DNA of 64,000 nucleotides, from contig CAWFIR010000007.1 in the NCBI GenBank assembly GCA_963815995.1, positions 75,064 through 139,063 of the forward strand, written 5' to 3'. Positions within the stretch are counted from its first letter, which is position 1. Every line of letters begins with the position of its first letter. Source of the DNA: an uncultured Actinomycetota bacterium. Lineage in GTDB: Bacteria > Actinomycetota > Actinomycetes > Mycobacteriales > Mycobacteriaceae. The notes under the pieces are model-generated. The model made no database searches. It saw nothing but the letters and a program-made list of their open reading frames with translations, and was not told the DNA's origin. The position numbers and the translations under genes are program-made. Shown here piece by piece: positions 54,789 to 63,109 of the stretch.

Positions 54789-55949
54789 TCAGTGCGGCAG
54801 CTCGCGGAATGGTGTGTTGCGGTACGGCTCAGGCTCTTTCGGCAGGCCCAGCACGCGTTCGCCGACGATGTTGCGTTGAATCTGATCGGTACCGCCGCCG
54901 ATCGAGGTGAAGTAGGCGTTCAACGTCCGGAACGTCACCGCATCACCGATCGGGTTGTCCGGACCGGTCAACATCGCTTCGGCGCCGACGATTTCGGTTT
55001 CGACGCGGGCCGTCTCGTGCAGGATCCGGGACATCGCGATCTTGCCGAGCGCCATCAGTGTGGCCGCCTCGGCGCGGTCGACGGCAGCCTTCGACCGTTG
55101 GGTGTTCCAACGGTTGACCGTGGCCAACGCGTCGACGCGGGCGATCTGCTGACGAATGTAGGGATCCTCCAGGCGGCCGGTTTCCCGCGCCAATTCGACG
55201 AGGAGATGCGCCTTCTCGTCTCGGGGTCGCTTGGCGTCCTTCGCAGTGCGGGCGATGTCTGCCATGAACCGTCGCTCGTAACCGAGCGCGGTCTGCAGCA
55301 CTGACCACCCGGCGTTCAGCTCGCCAACCAGGTTCTCCGCGGGCAGGCGAGCGTCCTCGATGAAGACCTCGTTGAACTCCGATTCGCCGGTGATCTGGTG
55401 GATCGGCCGGACCTCGACGCCGGGCTGATGCATCGGCAGCATAAAGAAGCTGATGCCCTGGTGTTTCGGCACATCCCAGTCGGTTCTGGCCACCAACATG
55501 CCGTAGTCGGCGGTTTTGGCGAAAGACGTCCACACCTTCTGCCCGTTGATCACCCACTCGTCACCGTCGCGCTCGGCCCGAGTGCGCAGGCCGGCCAGAT
55601 CCGACCCCGCGCCGGGTTCGCTGTAGAGCAGGCACCATTTGCTCTCACCGCGGATGGACGGCGGAATCAGCCGCCGTTTTTGCTCGTCGGTTCCCACGTC
55701 GTGCAGCGTGCAGGCGAACAGATTGCCACGGTCGTGACCGCTGCCGTGCGCGCCGACCGCAGCGAATTCCGCGGCAACGAGCCGGGATTGGGCATCCGAG
55801 AGGCCGCGGCCGTAGCACTCTGGTTCCCAGCTGGGCACCGCCCATCCGGCATCGACAACGATATGGGCCCAGCTGGCGCGATCGATGTCCGGATTCCAGT
55901 TGGCCGACAACCAATTTCGGACCTCGTCGCGGAGCTCGTCGTCAGTCAC
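54789..55949 (-). CDS. Acyl-CoA dehydrogenase (catalytic-type subunit of a probable heteromeric pair)
   Basis: YSEPGAGSDLAGL, INGQKVWTS, EFNEVF and SIGGGTDQIQRNIVGERVLGLP. Confidence 0.92.
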   Translation of the reverse strand: MTDDELRDEVRNWLSANWNPDIDRASWAHIVVDAGWAVPSWEPECYGRGLSDAQSRLVAAEFAAVGAHGSGHDRGNLFACTLHDVGTDEQKRRLIPPSIRGESKWCLLYSEPGAGSDLAGLRTRAERDGDEWVINGQKVWTSFAKTADYGMLVARTDWDVPKHQGISFFMLPMHQPGVEVRPIHQITGESEFNEVFIEDARLPAENLVGELNAGWSVLQTALGYERRFMADIARTAKDAKRPRDEKAHLLVELARETGRLEDPYIRQQIARVDALATVNRWNTQRSKAAVDRAEAATLMALGKIAMSRILHETARVETEIVGAEAMLTGPDNPIGDAVTFRTLNAYFTSIGGGTDQIQRNIVGERVLGLPKEPEPYRNTPFRELPH

Positions 55950-55952
55950 AGC

Positions 55953-57077
55953 TCATGCTCCGATCTGCTGCAGGTAGCGTTCGCGGTGCCACGACGGACT
56001 GCCCAGCAGTTGGGCGTCGCTTCGGGCTCGGCGCAGATACAAGTGCGCCGGATGCTCCCAGGTGAATCCGATGCCGCCGTGTACCTGGATGTTGGTCGCT
56101 GCGACGAAGACGAAGGAATCCGAGCAATACGCTTGCGCCAAAGCAAGATCGGCGATTCGGGTGGGTGCATGCTCGGCGAACGAGGCTGCGACGAAGCGTG
56201 CCGCCGACACCGTGGATTCGGCCTCCAGCAGCAAGTCGGCGCACATGTGCTTGACGGCCTGGAAGCTGCCGATCGCGCGACCGAACTGGTAACGGGTCTT
56301 GGCGTACTCGGTGGCCATTTCGACCGCGCGCCGTGCCCCGCCGGCCTGCTCGCTGACCAAGGCCAGCGCGCAGGCGTCCAGCGCCGCATTGAACACCTCG
56401 ACGCCGGCGCCCGGCCGGCCGATCAAGCGTGCCGGGGTATCGACGAATTGCAGACGGCATTGCTTGCGGGTCGGGTCGACGGTGGTCAGCGGTGTCACAG
56501 CCAGGCCGGGAGCACCGGTATCGACCGCGAACACGGCGGAGCCCGCATCGGTGGCGGCCAGCACGTACAGGAGTTCTGCGGACTGCCCGTCGAGCACGAA
56601 ATGCTTGTAGCCGGTGACGTGCCAGGTGTCGCCGATTTGACCTGCGGACGTCGCGATCGTCGCCGGTATCCGGGCGGAGCCGTCTTCGGCGAACGCGACG
56701 GTCGCGATCAGTTCACCTGCCGCGATCCGGGGTAATACCGCGCCACACTCGGCTGCATCGCCGGTCGCGGCCAGCAGGCTGGGCACCAGCACCGCGGTCG
56801 ACAGGAACGGGCCGACCAGCAGCGTTCGGCCCATCTCTTCCATCGCGATGCCCATTTCCACCGGGCCCGCACCGGCGCCGCCGTGCTCCTCGTCGATCAG
56901 CAGACCGGTCAGGCCCATGGCCGCCAATTCATGCCACACAGTGGTGTCCAGACCCGTGTCGGTCGCCATCTGCGTCCGTACCTGGGCCTCGCTTGAGTGT
57001 CGCGCCATGAGGTCGGCAACCGCGCTGCGTAGCGCCCGCTGTTCGTCGCTCACCAAGAATGCTGCGCCGGTAGGCAT
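55953..57077 (-). CDS. Acyl-CoA dehydrogenase (partner subunit)
   Basis: RYQFGRAIGSFQAVKH and QVHGGIGFTWEH; start overlaps the lipase stop (TGATG). Confidence 0.92.
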   Translation of the reverse strand: MPTGAAFLVSDEQRALRSAVADLMARHSSEAQVRTQMATDTGLDTTVWHELAAMGLTGLLIDEEHGGAGAGPVEMGIAMEEMGRTLLVGPFLSTAVLVPSLLAATGDAAECGAVLPRIAAGELIATVAFAEDGSARIPATIATSAGQIGDTWHVTGYKHFVLDGQSAELLYVLAATDAGSAVFAVDTGAPGLAVTPLTTVDPTRKQCRLQFVDTPARLIGRPGAGVEVFNAALDACALALVSEQAGGARRAVEMATEYAKTRYQFGRAIGSFQAVKHMCADLLLEAESTVSAARFVAASFAEHAPTRIADLALAQAYCSDSFVFVAATNIQVHGGIGFTWEHPAHLYLRRARSDAQLLGSPSWHRERYLQQIGA

Positions 57078-57970
57078 CAGCTTGTAGCGGCCAGCGCTGA
57101 TCGCAGGCTCGCGCACTGGCTGGCGAAAAACGACTGTGACACAGCGGCTTTCGGCACTATCGCGTCGAAGCCGTGAAACGCTCCGGGTACCACCTCGACT
57201 TGGCACGGCACGCCGGCCGAGGTGAGCCGCTTGGCGTAGGTGAGGTTCTCGTCGTGAAACAGGTCATGGGTGCCGACGCCGATCCAGGCCGGCGGCAGTC
57301 CGCTCAGATTCTCGTGGCGTGCCGGAACCGCGATATTCGGGTCGGCGTTGCCGAGGTAAGCGGCCCAGCCGAAACGGTTGCTCTTCGGGCTCCAAAGCCG
57401 GTAGTTCGGGTTTTCCGGTCCTGACGCGCTGCGGTCATCGAGCATCGGATAGGCCAACAGCTGCAGGCGCGGCGTCACCTCCCCGCGGTCACGTGCCAGC
57501 AGTGCCAATGCCGCGGCCAACCCACCCCCGGCGCTGGCCCCGCCGATCGCCACCCGAGCCGGGTCGACGGCGGGAAGCGCGGCCAGCCAGGTCAGCGCCG
57601 CGTAGCAGTCCTCGAGAGGGGCGGGGTAGGGGTGCTCGGGCGCCAGCCGATAGTCGACCGCCGCGACGGTAACGCCCAGCTCGCGGGCAAATCGACGGCA
57701 GACTGCGTCGTCTTGCTGCGCGGTGCCCATCACGTAACCGCCGCCGTGGATCCACAGCAACGCGGCCCCGGATTGGCTGACGCCGTCCGGGCGGTGCAAT
57801 CGCACCCCGACACCGGAGCGCAGGATGAGCGCCTCCACGCCGTCGTGACTCCTGCTGCGTTGTAGGCCGCTCAGCGCCCGGATGAGCCGCAGACTGCGCG
57901 GGCCGATCATGGATCGTGGCGCCAGGCGGGCGACTCTGCGGAGGTCGGGATGGAAATCAGTGCTCGGCAT
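57077..57970 (-). CDS. lipW: HSL-family esterase LipW (Rv0217c ortholog)
   Basis: HGGGY, DYRLAPEHPYPA, GASAGG and GAFHGF. Confidence 0.88.
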   Translation of the reverse strand: MPSTDFHPDLRRVARLAPRSMIGPRSLRLIRALSGLQRSRSHDGVEALILRSGVGVRLHRPDGVSQSGAALLWIHGGGYVMGTAQQDDAVCRRFARELGVTVAAVDYRLAPEHPYPAPLEDCYAALTWLAALPAVDPARVAIGGASAGGGLAAALALLARDRGEVTPRLQLLAYPMLDDRSASGPENPNYRLWSPKSNRFGWAAYLGNADPNIAVPARHENLSGLPPAWIGVGTHDLFHDENLTYAKRLTSAGVPCQVEVVPGAFHGFDAIVPKAAVSQSFFASQCASLRSALAATS

Positions 57971-58293
57971 CAGTCCAGTATCGCCAACGCCAAACGGCCC
58001 CCGTCCGGGGCTCCTCCGATAACGGCGAAAACTTTCGGGACTAGTCGGATTGACTGATTTAACTTGACGACACGACCATTGCCGGTCGATGTCCAGTTCA
58101 ACCAGTCGGCCAGCACCTCGTCGGGGTGCTCGCCAGGCACGCAAGGTGGACTGTCCACCGCTGCAGGAGTCCGCGAGAGACGGGCTGCCGAACCGTCTGG
58201 TCGGCACGGTCTCGACATTCCTTGCGGGCGTCGTTGGTGGTCGCTTCCGTCGAGGTCACCTTTCATGCCGGACCTGTTCTGTACCGCCGCAGA

Positions 58294-58779
58294 CTAAGCA
58301 CACCGTGCATTGGCAACTCGAGGATTGTCCGGGGTCTCTGTGGACCGCGATGGGCGTGGTGGACGGTGAGGCTGGCCCTGGATGATCCCCATCGCTGCCT
58401 CAACGGTGCTTGCGGCGGGTAGCAAACCCTGCGGGTCGCCGATACGCAGCACCCGGGAGACTGCCTCACTGGGTACTACCGCCCAGCCGATGCCAGGGTG
58501 CGCGCAGCAGACGGAAACCCTGTGCAGCGCCGAGAAACCGTCGGTTCCAAAGAAATCCAGGTCGCACAGATCGAGGATCAATCCGCGGCAACGCATTAGA
58601 TGCCCCAGGGTGTACTCGGTCAGAGTGTCAGCGTTGGATGCATCGATATGCCCGTGGGCGCTGATCACGACTACCGATGATCTCAGCCGACGATAGGCTA
58701 ATCGTGTGGTGTGACTTTCCCATGGCTGAGAAAGAAAGCCGTCGGCCCGTGTCATAGATGACGTAGGAAGAGCATTCAT
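58294..58779 (-). CDS. STAS-domain anti-sigma-factor antagonist-like protein
   Basis: ISAHGHIDASNA and LILDLCDLDFFGTDGFSAL STAS signature. Confidence 0.85.
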   Translation of the reverse strand: MNALPTSSMTRADGFLSQPWESHTTRLAYRRLRSSVVVISAHGHIDASNADTLTEYTLGHLMRCRGLILDLCDLDFFGTDGFSALHRVSVCCAHPGIGWAVVPSEAVSRVLRIGDPQGLLPAASTVEAAMGIIQGQPHRPPRPSRSTETPDNPRVANARCA

Positions 58780-58922
58780 GGTGATCCCCGACGTGCGGTT
58801 GTCACCGGTCTGTTCGGCGTGAGCTAATGCTCTCCGAAGTCAGCGGCGGACGGCTGACCCATCCCGAACTGGTTGAAAGTCTCAACTCAGTCGACGCTTC
58901 ACCCCGCGGGAGCAAATGTCAA
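58780..58922 (-). promoter_or_regulatory. Promoter (TTGACA-N17-AAGCGT) plus structured leader, copy A of the repeated element
   Basis: Reverse strand reads TTGACA, 17 nt, AAGCGT, 7 nt, then hairpins GTTGA/TCAAC, GGGTCAGC/GCTGACTT and GAGC/GCTC, running to the STAS ATG. Confidence 0.7.
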
Positions 58923-58949
58923 GACAAGTGGATCGGACCTTTGGGTGCG

Positions 58950-59864
58950 CTACAACGAACGTCGGTCCGAGGTCTGCAGCCTTGAGAGTGGGTGACCAGA
59001 CCTTCGATCTGCCAGATCGACATCCTGCCCTGTGCTGGTGATGAAGTCGTCAAGGATGTCGACCACCGCTGCCGGGGACTCGACATGGGGAAAGTGCCCG
59101 ACACCGGGGAGCACCTCAAGCCGACTGCCCGGTACCGCGTCGTGAGCGGCGCGGCCATGGGCAACAGGGATGATTCGGTCCTCTTCGCCCCAGATCAACA
59201 AAGTCGGTAAGCCATGGCTGACATGGATCTTGCCGAGCGCACTGACCGCCTGGCCCCGGAAGTCGACGACCGAGCGCAAGGTACGCAGAAATGCCTGCCG
59301 CGTGGGCTGATCCGCTAACGACGAGTACGCGCTCCACATTTCGCTGGCGCGCGGCGACTGTACCCCCGCCGACGTCAGCCACGATCCCAGCTTGTTGCCG
59401 ACGTTCAGCACCGGCCGCGGCGCGACGACCGGAAGTAGCAGCTCGGCTCCGGGTGCCGACAGGATCCGCAGGATCCAGTTCAGGTCGGGGCCGAGGCCAC
59501 CACTGCTGATCAGTGCCAGTCGCTGGCAATAGTCGCGATGTTGATAGGTGAATTGCATGGCCACACCGCCACCGAGTGACTGACCGACCACCGTCGCCCG
59601 GCTGATGCCGAGTTCATCGAGGAGATCACGCAGCGACGCTGCGAACGCACCCAACGAATAGTCACCGCGCGGCTTGGTTGATTCGCCGTGCCCCAGCAGG
59701 TCCGGTGCGACCACTCGGTACTTTTTCGCCAACTCCGGGATGACCGCGCGCCAGGTCGCCGAACTTCCCGCCATGCCGTGAATCAACAGCAGCGCCTCGC
59801 CGGCCCCGGCGTCGCGATAGGCAATGCGCTCACCGTGCAATTCGAGATAGCTCATCTCGGTCAC
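58950..59864 (-). CDS. Alpha/beta hydrolase (Rv2715-like)
   Basis: LIHGMAGSS, DLLGHGES, GQSLGG and GHFPHVE; GGAGG RBS before GTG 59864. Confidence 0.9.
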   Translation of the reverse strand: MTEMSYLELHGERIAYRDAGAGEALLLIHGMAGSSATWRAVIPELAKKYRVVAPDLLGHGESTKPRGDYSLGAFAASLRDLLDELGISRATVVGQSLGGGVAMQFTYQHRDYCQRLALISSGGLGPDLNWILRILSAPGAELLLPVVAPRPVLNVGNKLGSWLTSAGVQSPRASEMWSAYSSLADQPTRQAFLRTLRSVVDFRGQAVSALGKIHVSHGLPTLLIWGEEDRIIPVAHGRAAHDAVPGSRLEVLPGVGHFPHVESPAAVVDILDDFITSTGQDVDLADRRSGHPLSRLQTSDRRSL

Positions 59865-59943
59865 GTGAACTGCCTCCGTCCAACAGTGTTCTGGCATCCC
59901 GGCCCGCTATTAGCCGACTATAACTGACCTACGGTCCAGTAGG

Positions 59944-61212
59944 TTACTGGCCAGTAGATCGAGCTCGTATGCGCTCATCGTGACGCCATTGGCGGACCGC
60001 CGCGATCGCGGTCTTCAGGCCGCGGCGGCGGCCCGTCACCAGGTCGGTCCCGATGAAGCCGGGCTGAAGTTTGGTGAACATCCGCTCGCTGCGGGTCTCC
60101 GGCGCGTCGTCGGCGGTGCTGCGCAGGTAGCGGTCCGGCAGCGACAGCTTGGCGATCGTGCGCCACGTCTTGGCGTACTGAACCAGGAATGAGCCTGTGG
60201 TGTAAGGCAAGTCGTACTTGTCGCATACCTCGTGCACACGCAGCGAGATCTCGTGTAGCCGATTGCTCGGTATATCGGGGTATAGGTGATGCTCGATCTG
60301 GTAGCACAGGTTGCCGGTCATGAATCGCAGCACCGGTCCGGCGTCGAAGTTGGCACTGCCCAGCATCTGGCGCAGGTACCAGTGACCCCGGCTTTCGCCG
60401 ATCATGTCGGTCTTGGTGAATTTCTCAGCGCCATCGGGGAAATGGCCACAAAAGATCACGGCGTCGGTCCAGATATTGCGGATCACGTTGGCCACTATGT
60501 TGGCCTTCAGTGTCGATGTGAAGGTCGCCGCCGGCGACAACGAGGTCAACGCCGGGAACGCCACGTAGTCCTTGATCAGCTGCCGTCCGGCTTTGGCGGA
60601 GAATTCGCGGATCTGTCGGCGTGTTGTGACGCGGCCTGGGCCGTCCTCGAGAAGTTTGCCGAATTCGATGGGCTGCAACCCAATTCCCCACTCGAAACCG
60701 AGCGCGAGGATGGTGTTGAAAAGCAGGTTGCCGAGGTTGTAGGCCTTCCAGGGCTGGTCACGGGTGACCCGCAGGGTGCTGTAACCCACGTCGTCGTCCA
60801 TGCCAAGGATGTTGGTGTACTTGTGATGCTGAAAGTTATGGGTGGTTTTCCAATGTTTCGACACCCCGCTCATGTCCCATTCCCACGTCGAGGAATGAAT
60901 CTCGGGGTCGTTCATCCAGTCCCACTGGCCGTGCATGACGTTGTGGCCGATCTCCATGTTCTCGATGATCTTGGCCAGACTCAGCGTCACCGTTCCCGCC
61001 CACCGGGCGGAGCGTCTCGAGCTACCAGCCAGGATGAGCCGGCCGGCGACATCCAGAACGCGTTGCGCGGCGATGGTGCGACGGATATAGCGCGCGTCGC
61101 GCTCGCCGAGGGAATCCTCGATATCCAGCCTGATCGCGTCCAGTTCAACGGCGAGGTTGTCGATGTCGGCATCGGTCAAGTGGGCGAAGGCCGGAACGTC
61201 GGTGATCGCCAT
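59944..61212 (-). CDS. desA3: Membrane acyl-CoA desaturase, DesA3-like
   Basis: MAITDVPAFAHL start; His boxes HNVMH, HNFQHHKY and QIEHHLYP. May be a paralog rather than the main copy. Confidence 0.85.
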   Translation of the reverse strand: MAITDVPAFAHLTDADIDNLAVELDAIRLDIEDSLGERDARYIRRTIAAQRVLDVAGRLILAGSSRRSARWAGTVTLSLAKIIENMEIGHNVMHGQWDWMNDPEIHSSTWEWDMSGVSKHWKTTHNFQHHKYTNILGMDDDVGYSTLRVTRDQPWKAYNLGNLLFNTILALGFEWGIGLQPIEFGKLLEDGPGRVTTRRQIREFSAKAGRQLIKDYVAFPALTSLSPAATFTSTLKANIVANVIRNIWTDAVIFCGHFPDGAEKFTKTDMIGESRGHWYLRQMLGSANFDAGPVLRFMTGNLCYQIEHHLYPDIPSNRLHEISLRVHEVCDKYDLPYTTGSFLVQYAKTWRTIAKLSLPDRYLRSTADDAPETRSERMFTKLQPGFIGTDLVTGRRRGLKTAIAAVRQWRHDERIRARSTGQ

Positions 61213-61280
61213 AGTTTTCGCTTTCTTTCGGGTTGATCTGTCGGGCTGCGGGTGTCTATCGCCGACCCGAATTCGATACA

Positions 61281-61313
61281 CCCGGCTCGGCCAGCGCTGC
61301 TAGCCGAGCCGGG
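61281..61313 (-). terminator. Strong hairpin between the small membrane protein gene and the desaturase
   Basis: Minus strand CCCGGCTCGGCTAGC-AGC-GCTGGCCGAGCCGGG, a 15-bp stem with one G-U pair. Confidence 0.65.
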
Positions 61314-61327
61314 GGTCATCGGGCCGG

Positions 61328-61500
61328 TCAGTAGTAGTGGCGGCGGCCGCCGACGGCGTGTCCCATCCGCCCCATCAGCATCAGTGCCAGGCCGACGACG
61401 AGGAGGATGACCCCGATGACGAAGCAAATATGGGCGTATGCGAAGGCAGGAACGAGGGCAGGGGCGGAGCCCGAGGACGATGAGGAGGATCCGAGGCCAT
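61328..61500 (-). pseudogene. Small two-TM membrane protein (DUF6131-like), 5' part frame-disrupted
   Basis: Manual translation ...AHICFVIGVILLVVGLALMLMGRMGHAVGGRRHYY-stop; the first hydrophobic segment ILLIVLGL and the ATG lie in other frames. Confidence 0.7.
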
Positions 61501-61662
61501 CCTGTACCTGGTTTCTGCTGATAGGGAAGAGGATGGTCGGGTCGGCGTGGACGGCGCCATTTTGGCCCTCAAGCGATTTGGTGCCGCCTCACCGATCGGC
61601 GCGTCTTGAGCTACGCGACCGGTATTGGCAGACATGCTTGGCTCACCCATTCGGTTGATTCA

Positions 61663-61761
61663 GGATGTGCGGCGTGAGCGAAAGCTCATCAAGTCCGGCG
61701 GCATCACGGCCAGACTCATTCCGTAACGGCTGGGAGTCTCAGCGACTTCAACGGTACACCC
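61663..61761 (-). promoter_or_regulatory. Repeated promoter plus structured RNA element, copy C
   Basis: GGGTG-TACCGT, 7 nt, then hairpins GCTG/CAGC, GAGTCTGGC/GCCGGACTT and TGAGC/GCTCA. Confidence 0.65.
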
Positions 61762-61788
61762 GTCGGAAGTCTCGCGCTGGCCGCGGTC

Positions 61789-62592
61789 TCAGGTCGGGGC
61801 GCGTCGTGCACGGGCGCGGCGCACGGCTTCATCGACGATGTGTTGGGCCACCTCAGCCAATTTGCGGTGCTCGGCTTGGCTCATTGCGCGCAGCTGATTG
61901 AACGCCTCCTCGGCGCTGCGCCCGCTGCGTCCCCGGATCAGACCGATCGCCTGATCGATCACTGGGCGCGTCGACAGCGCCGTCTGCAACTGCGCGGTCA
62001 GCGCCAGTGCGTGGGCGAGGATCTGGGCGTTGTGTACCGCCACCGCCGCGGGTTTGGCGAACAGTTCCCCCTGTTCGGCGGCGTGCTCGTCGAAGGCGTT
62101 TTTGTCGTGGGCGTAGACATTGATAGCGCCGATCACCCGGTCCGACAGCAGGAGCGGCAGCGACAGCGCGCTGTGCACGCCCAAACGGCCCACTCGCGGA
62201 CCGAACCGCGGCCACATCTTCTCCCCGCCCAGCGACCCAGATCGCACGGTGCGCCGCTCCAGTACCGCGGTGATGCAGGGCCCCTCTTTGAGGATCACGT
62301 ACTGAATTTCGTCGATCTCGGCGACAAAAGGAGCGCTGGCCGCCAACGCCTCGACCATGTTGTCCACCCTGTCGACCTGCAACAAGGTCACCCCGGCGCC
62401 GTCGGCGCCCGGTATCGCGTGCACCGCGAACGTCGACACCTCGGCCAGCAACTCAGGCAACCCCAGACTGCCCGCCACCAAGCCCGCCAGGTTGTCGATC
62501 CCGGTACGCAAGTCGGCGGCATCAGCGCTAGCTTGCTGCGTGCTCAGCGGCGCCAACAGTAAGCCGTCGATGTCCTCGGTGAACTCGGTCAT
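61789..62592 (-). CDS. GAF and ANTAR domain RNA-binding regulator
   Basis: GAF (GADGAGVTL...EGPCI...IGAINVY) plus ANTAR (RPVIDQAIGLIRGRSGRSAEEAFNQLRAMSQAEHRKLAEVA). Confidence 0.92.
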   Translation of the reverse strand: MTEFTEDIDGLLLAPLSTQQASADAADLRTGIDNLAGLVAGSLGLPELLAEVSTFAVHAIPGADGAGVTLLQVDRVDNMVEALAASAPFVAEIDEIQYVILKEGPCITAVLERRTVRSGSLGGEKMWPRFGPRVGRLGVHSALSLPLLLSDRVIGAINVYAHDKNAFDEHAAEQGELFAKPAAVAVHNAQILAHALALTAQLQTALSTRPVIDQAIGLIRGRSGRSAEEAFNQLRAMSQAEHRKLAEVAQHIVDEAVRRARARRAPT

Positions 62593-62773
62593 ACCTGCGC
62601 TCAATTATCTTGGCGGAGCTCGGAATCGACACTGAAGGCCAGCGCCCTACCCGCGGTGCCGTGGTCAGGAGATAGTTGTCAGAGCGATAATACGCCGGCC
62701 GGGGCGGAGCGGGGAACATTGTCGCGCCAAGTAGTTTGCTGACGGGGGCGCGGTCACCGCGAGCCGGCCCAAT

Positions 62774-62900
62774 GGGTGTAGCGTCGAGAGTGCTGAGAAT
62801 TTCAGCTGGCCCTGGGATGAGTTCAGCTGTCCGCCGCTTGACTCAAGGAGCATTGGCTCCGCACCCGCGCAACCGGTGATCCAATGCACGTCAGGTCATC
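62774..62900 (+). promoter_or_regulatory. Repeated promoter plus structured RNA element, copy B
   Basis: GGGTG-TAGCGT, 7 nt, then hairpins GCTGA/TCAGC, GAGTTCAGC/GCTTGACTC and GGAGC/GCTCC; ends at ATG 62901. Confidence 0.68.
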
Positions 62901-63109
62901 ATGGCCGTATCGCTTCCCCTATGCCCCCAACACCGGCCGCTACCTGGTCGTCGATCTGGTGAACGAGCCCGCGGTACAGCGGTCATCAATTCATCTGCAT
63001 TCTGGCGCAATAGATTCCGACGACGGTTTCCTCGCAGATAGCGCAACAACGGCTGGTCCGCGGATGGGAGTCAAACCCCAGATTCCTTGTTACCTTAGAA
63101 AGACATGCT

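Noticed and set aside
57971-58293. Possible small ORF (57970-58266 minus, ...PGEHPDEVLADWLNW...) and short hairpins between lipW and the STAS gene
   Set aside because: No recognisable family, weak codon bias, and no match to the repeated leader motif.
58780-62900. Repeated element interpreted as a TPP, c-di-AMP or SAM-IV riboswitch, CRISPR repeat or IS end
   Set aside because: GCTGAGA recalls TPP, but the remaining TPP core and the other riboswitch consensus blocks are not visible. The copies are dispersed and diverged, with no spacers, transposase or terminal inverted repeats.
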